Positions 57,098-57,363 of a stretch of DNA of 57,363 bases are shown piece by piece. Position 1 is the stretch's first letter, and every line of letters starts with the position of its first letter. Source of the stretch: a virus (taxonomy: Duplodnaviria; Heunggongvirae; Uroviricota; Caudoviricetes); IMG/VR virus record IMGVR_UViG_3300043466_002831, positions 1 to 57,363 of that record; one strand, given 5' to 3'. The position numbers were made by a program, and so were the translations under genes. Under the pieces are notes generated by a model that worked only from the letters and a program-made list of their open reading frames with translations, was not told the origin of the DNA and ran no database searches.

Positions 57098-57308
57098 ACC
57101 AATTTTCGTTGGGGTTATTGTGTGCTATAACCACAAATGACATCCCACTACCAGGGTCTTTACTTGAGAATGAGTAAAACCCGTTACAGTATTTTTTTGG
57201 GTCTTTAGTTGCTAAACAGATATCACCATTTTTACCTGGTTGTTTTTTATAGATATATCTATAACCCTCATAATCTATGTGGTCTAATACTATTGTACCG
57301 TCATTCAT
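57087..57308 (-). CDS. hypothetical protein
   Basis: 73-aa ORF. Confidence 0.6.
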   Translation of the reverse strand: MNDGTIVLDHIDYEGYRYIYKKQPGKNGDICLATKDPKKYCNGFYSFSSKDPGSGMSFVVIAHNNPNENWYEN

Positions 57309-57363
57309 TTGTTCTATTTTTTAATTTTCTTCATCATCTTCTTCGGGATTGAATTGGGTAAAA

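Noticed and set aside
1-57363. CRISPR array or stop-codon reassignment
   Set aside because: No regularly spaced direct repeats were seen; genes are full-length and tile the genome under the standard code with all three stops used
1-57363. Bacterial chromosome or prophage origin of the window
   Set aside because: No ribosomal or housekeeping synteny and no integrase; dense small hypothetical genes, gp46/47, phage sigma and endolysins fit a large lytic phage, though no capsid or terminase gene is present to prove it

Overview
Gene-dense, AT-rich segment of a large (probably jumbo) tailed-phage genome in the standard genetic code. The host is inferred to be Bacteroidota, from many TTTG-N19-20-TAnnTTTG promoters and a phage protein with a T9SS sorting domain. 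Contents: a replication/recombination block (RuvC-like fragment, primase, PD-(D/E)xK nuclease, gp47/gp46 SbcDC), a phage sigma-70 factor, a lysis-like and acidic virion-like block, DnaJ, two DNA methyltransferases, thioredoxin/glutaredoxin, glutamine synthetase, RmlB, three paralogues with a 'YG-x-x-T-x-WCT' motif plus a PcfJ-like protein, and a GH19 endolysin. Three loci stand out. (1) An rRNA-operon-like non-coding locus: four stacked host promoters, boxA, initiator tRNA-Met, a ~930-nt highly structured GOLLD-like RNA, then smpB. (2) A 7.6-kb operon of secreted/membrane proteins: cohesin-dockerin T9SS scaffold, CsgG-like lipoprotein, beta-barrel-like protein with an N/Q/G-rich tract, secreted nuclease and dockerin-bearing lectin, suggesting a phage-built cellulosome-like surface complex. 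(3) A DIP1984-like coiled-coil gene followed by a 170-nt folded 3' element. All family assignments come from motif recognition by eye; no database searches were run.
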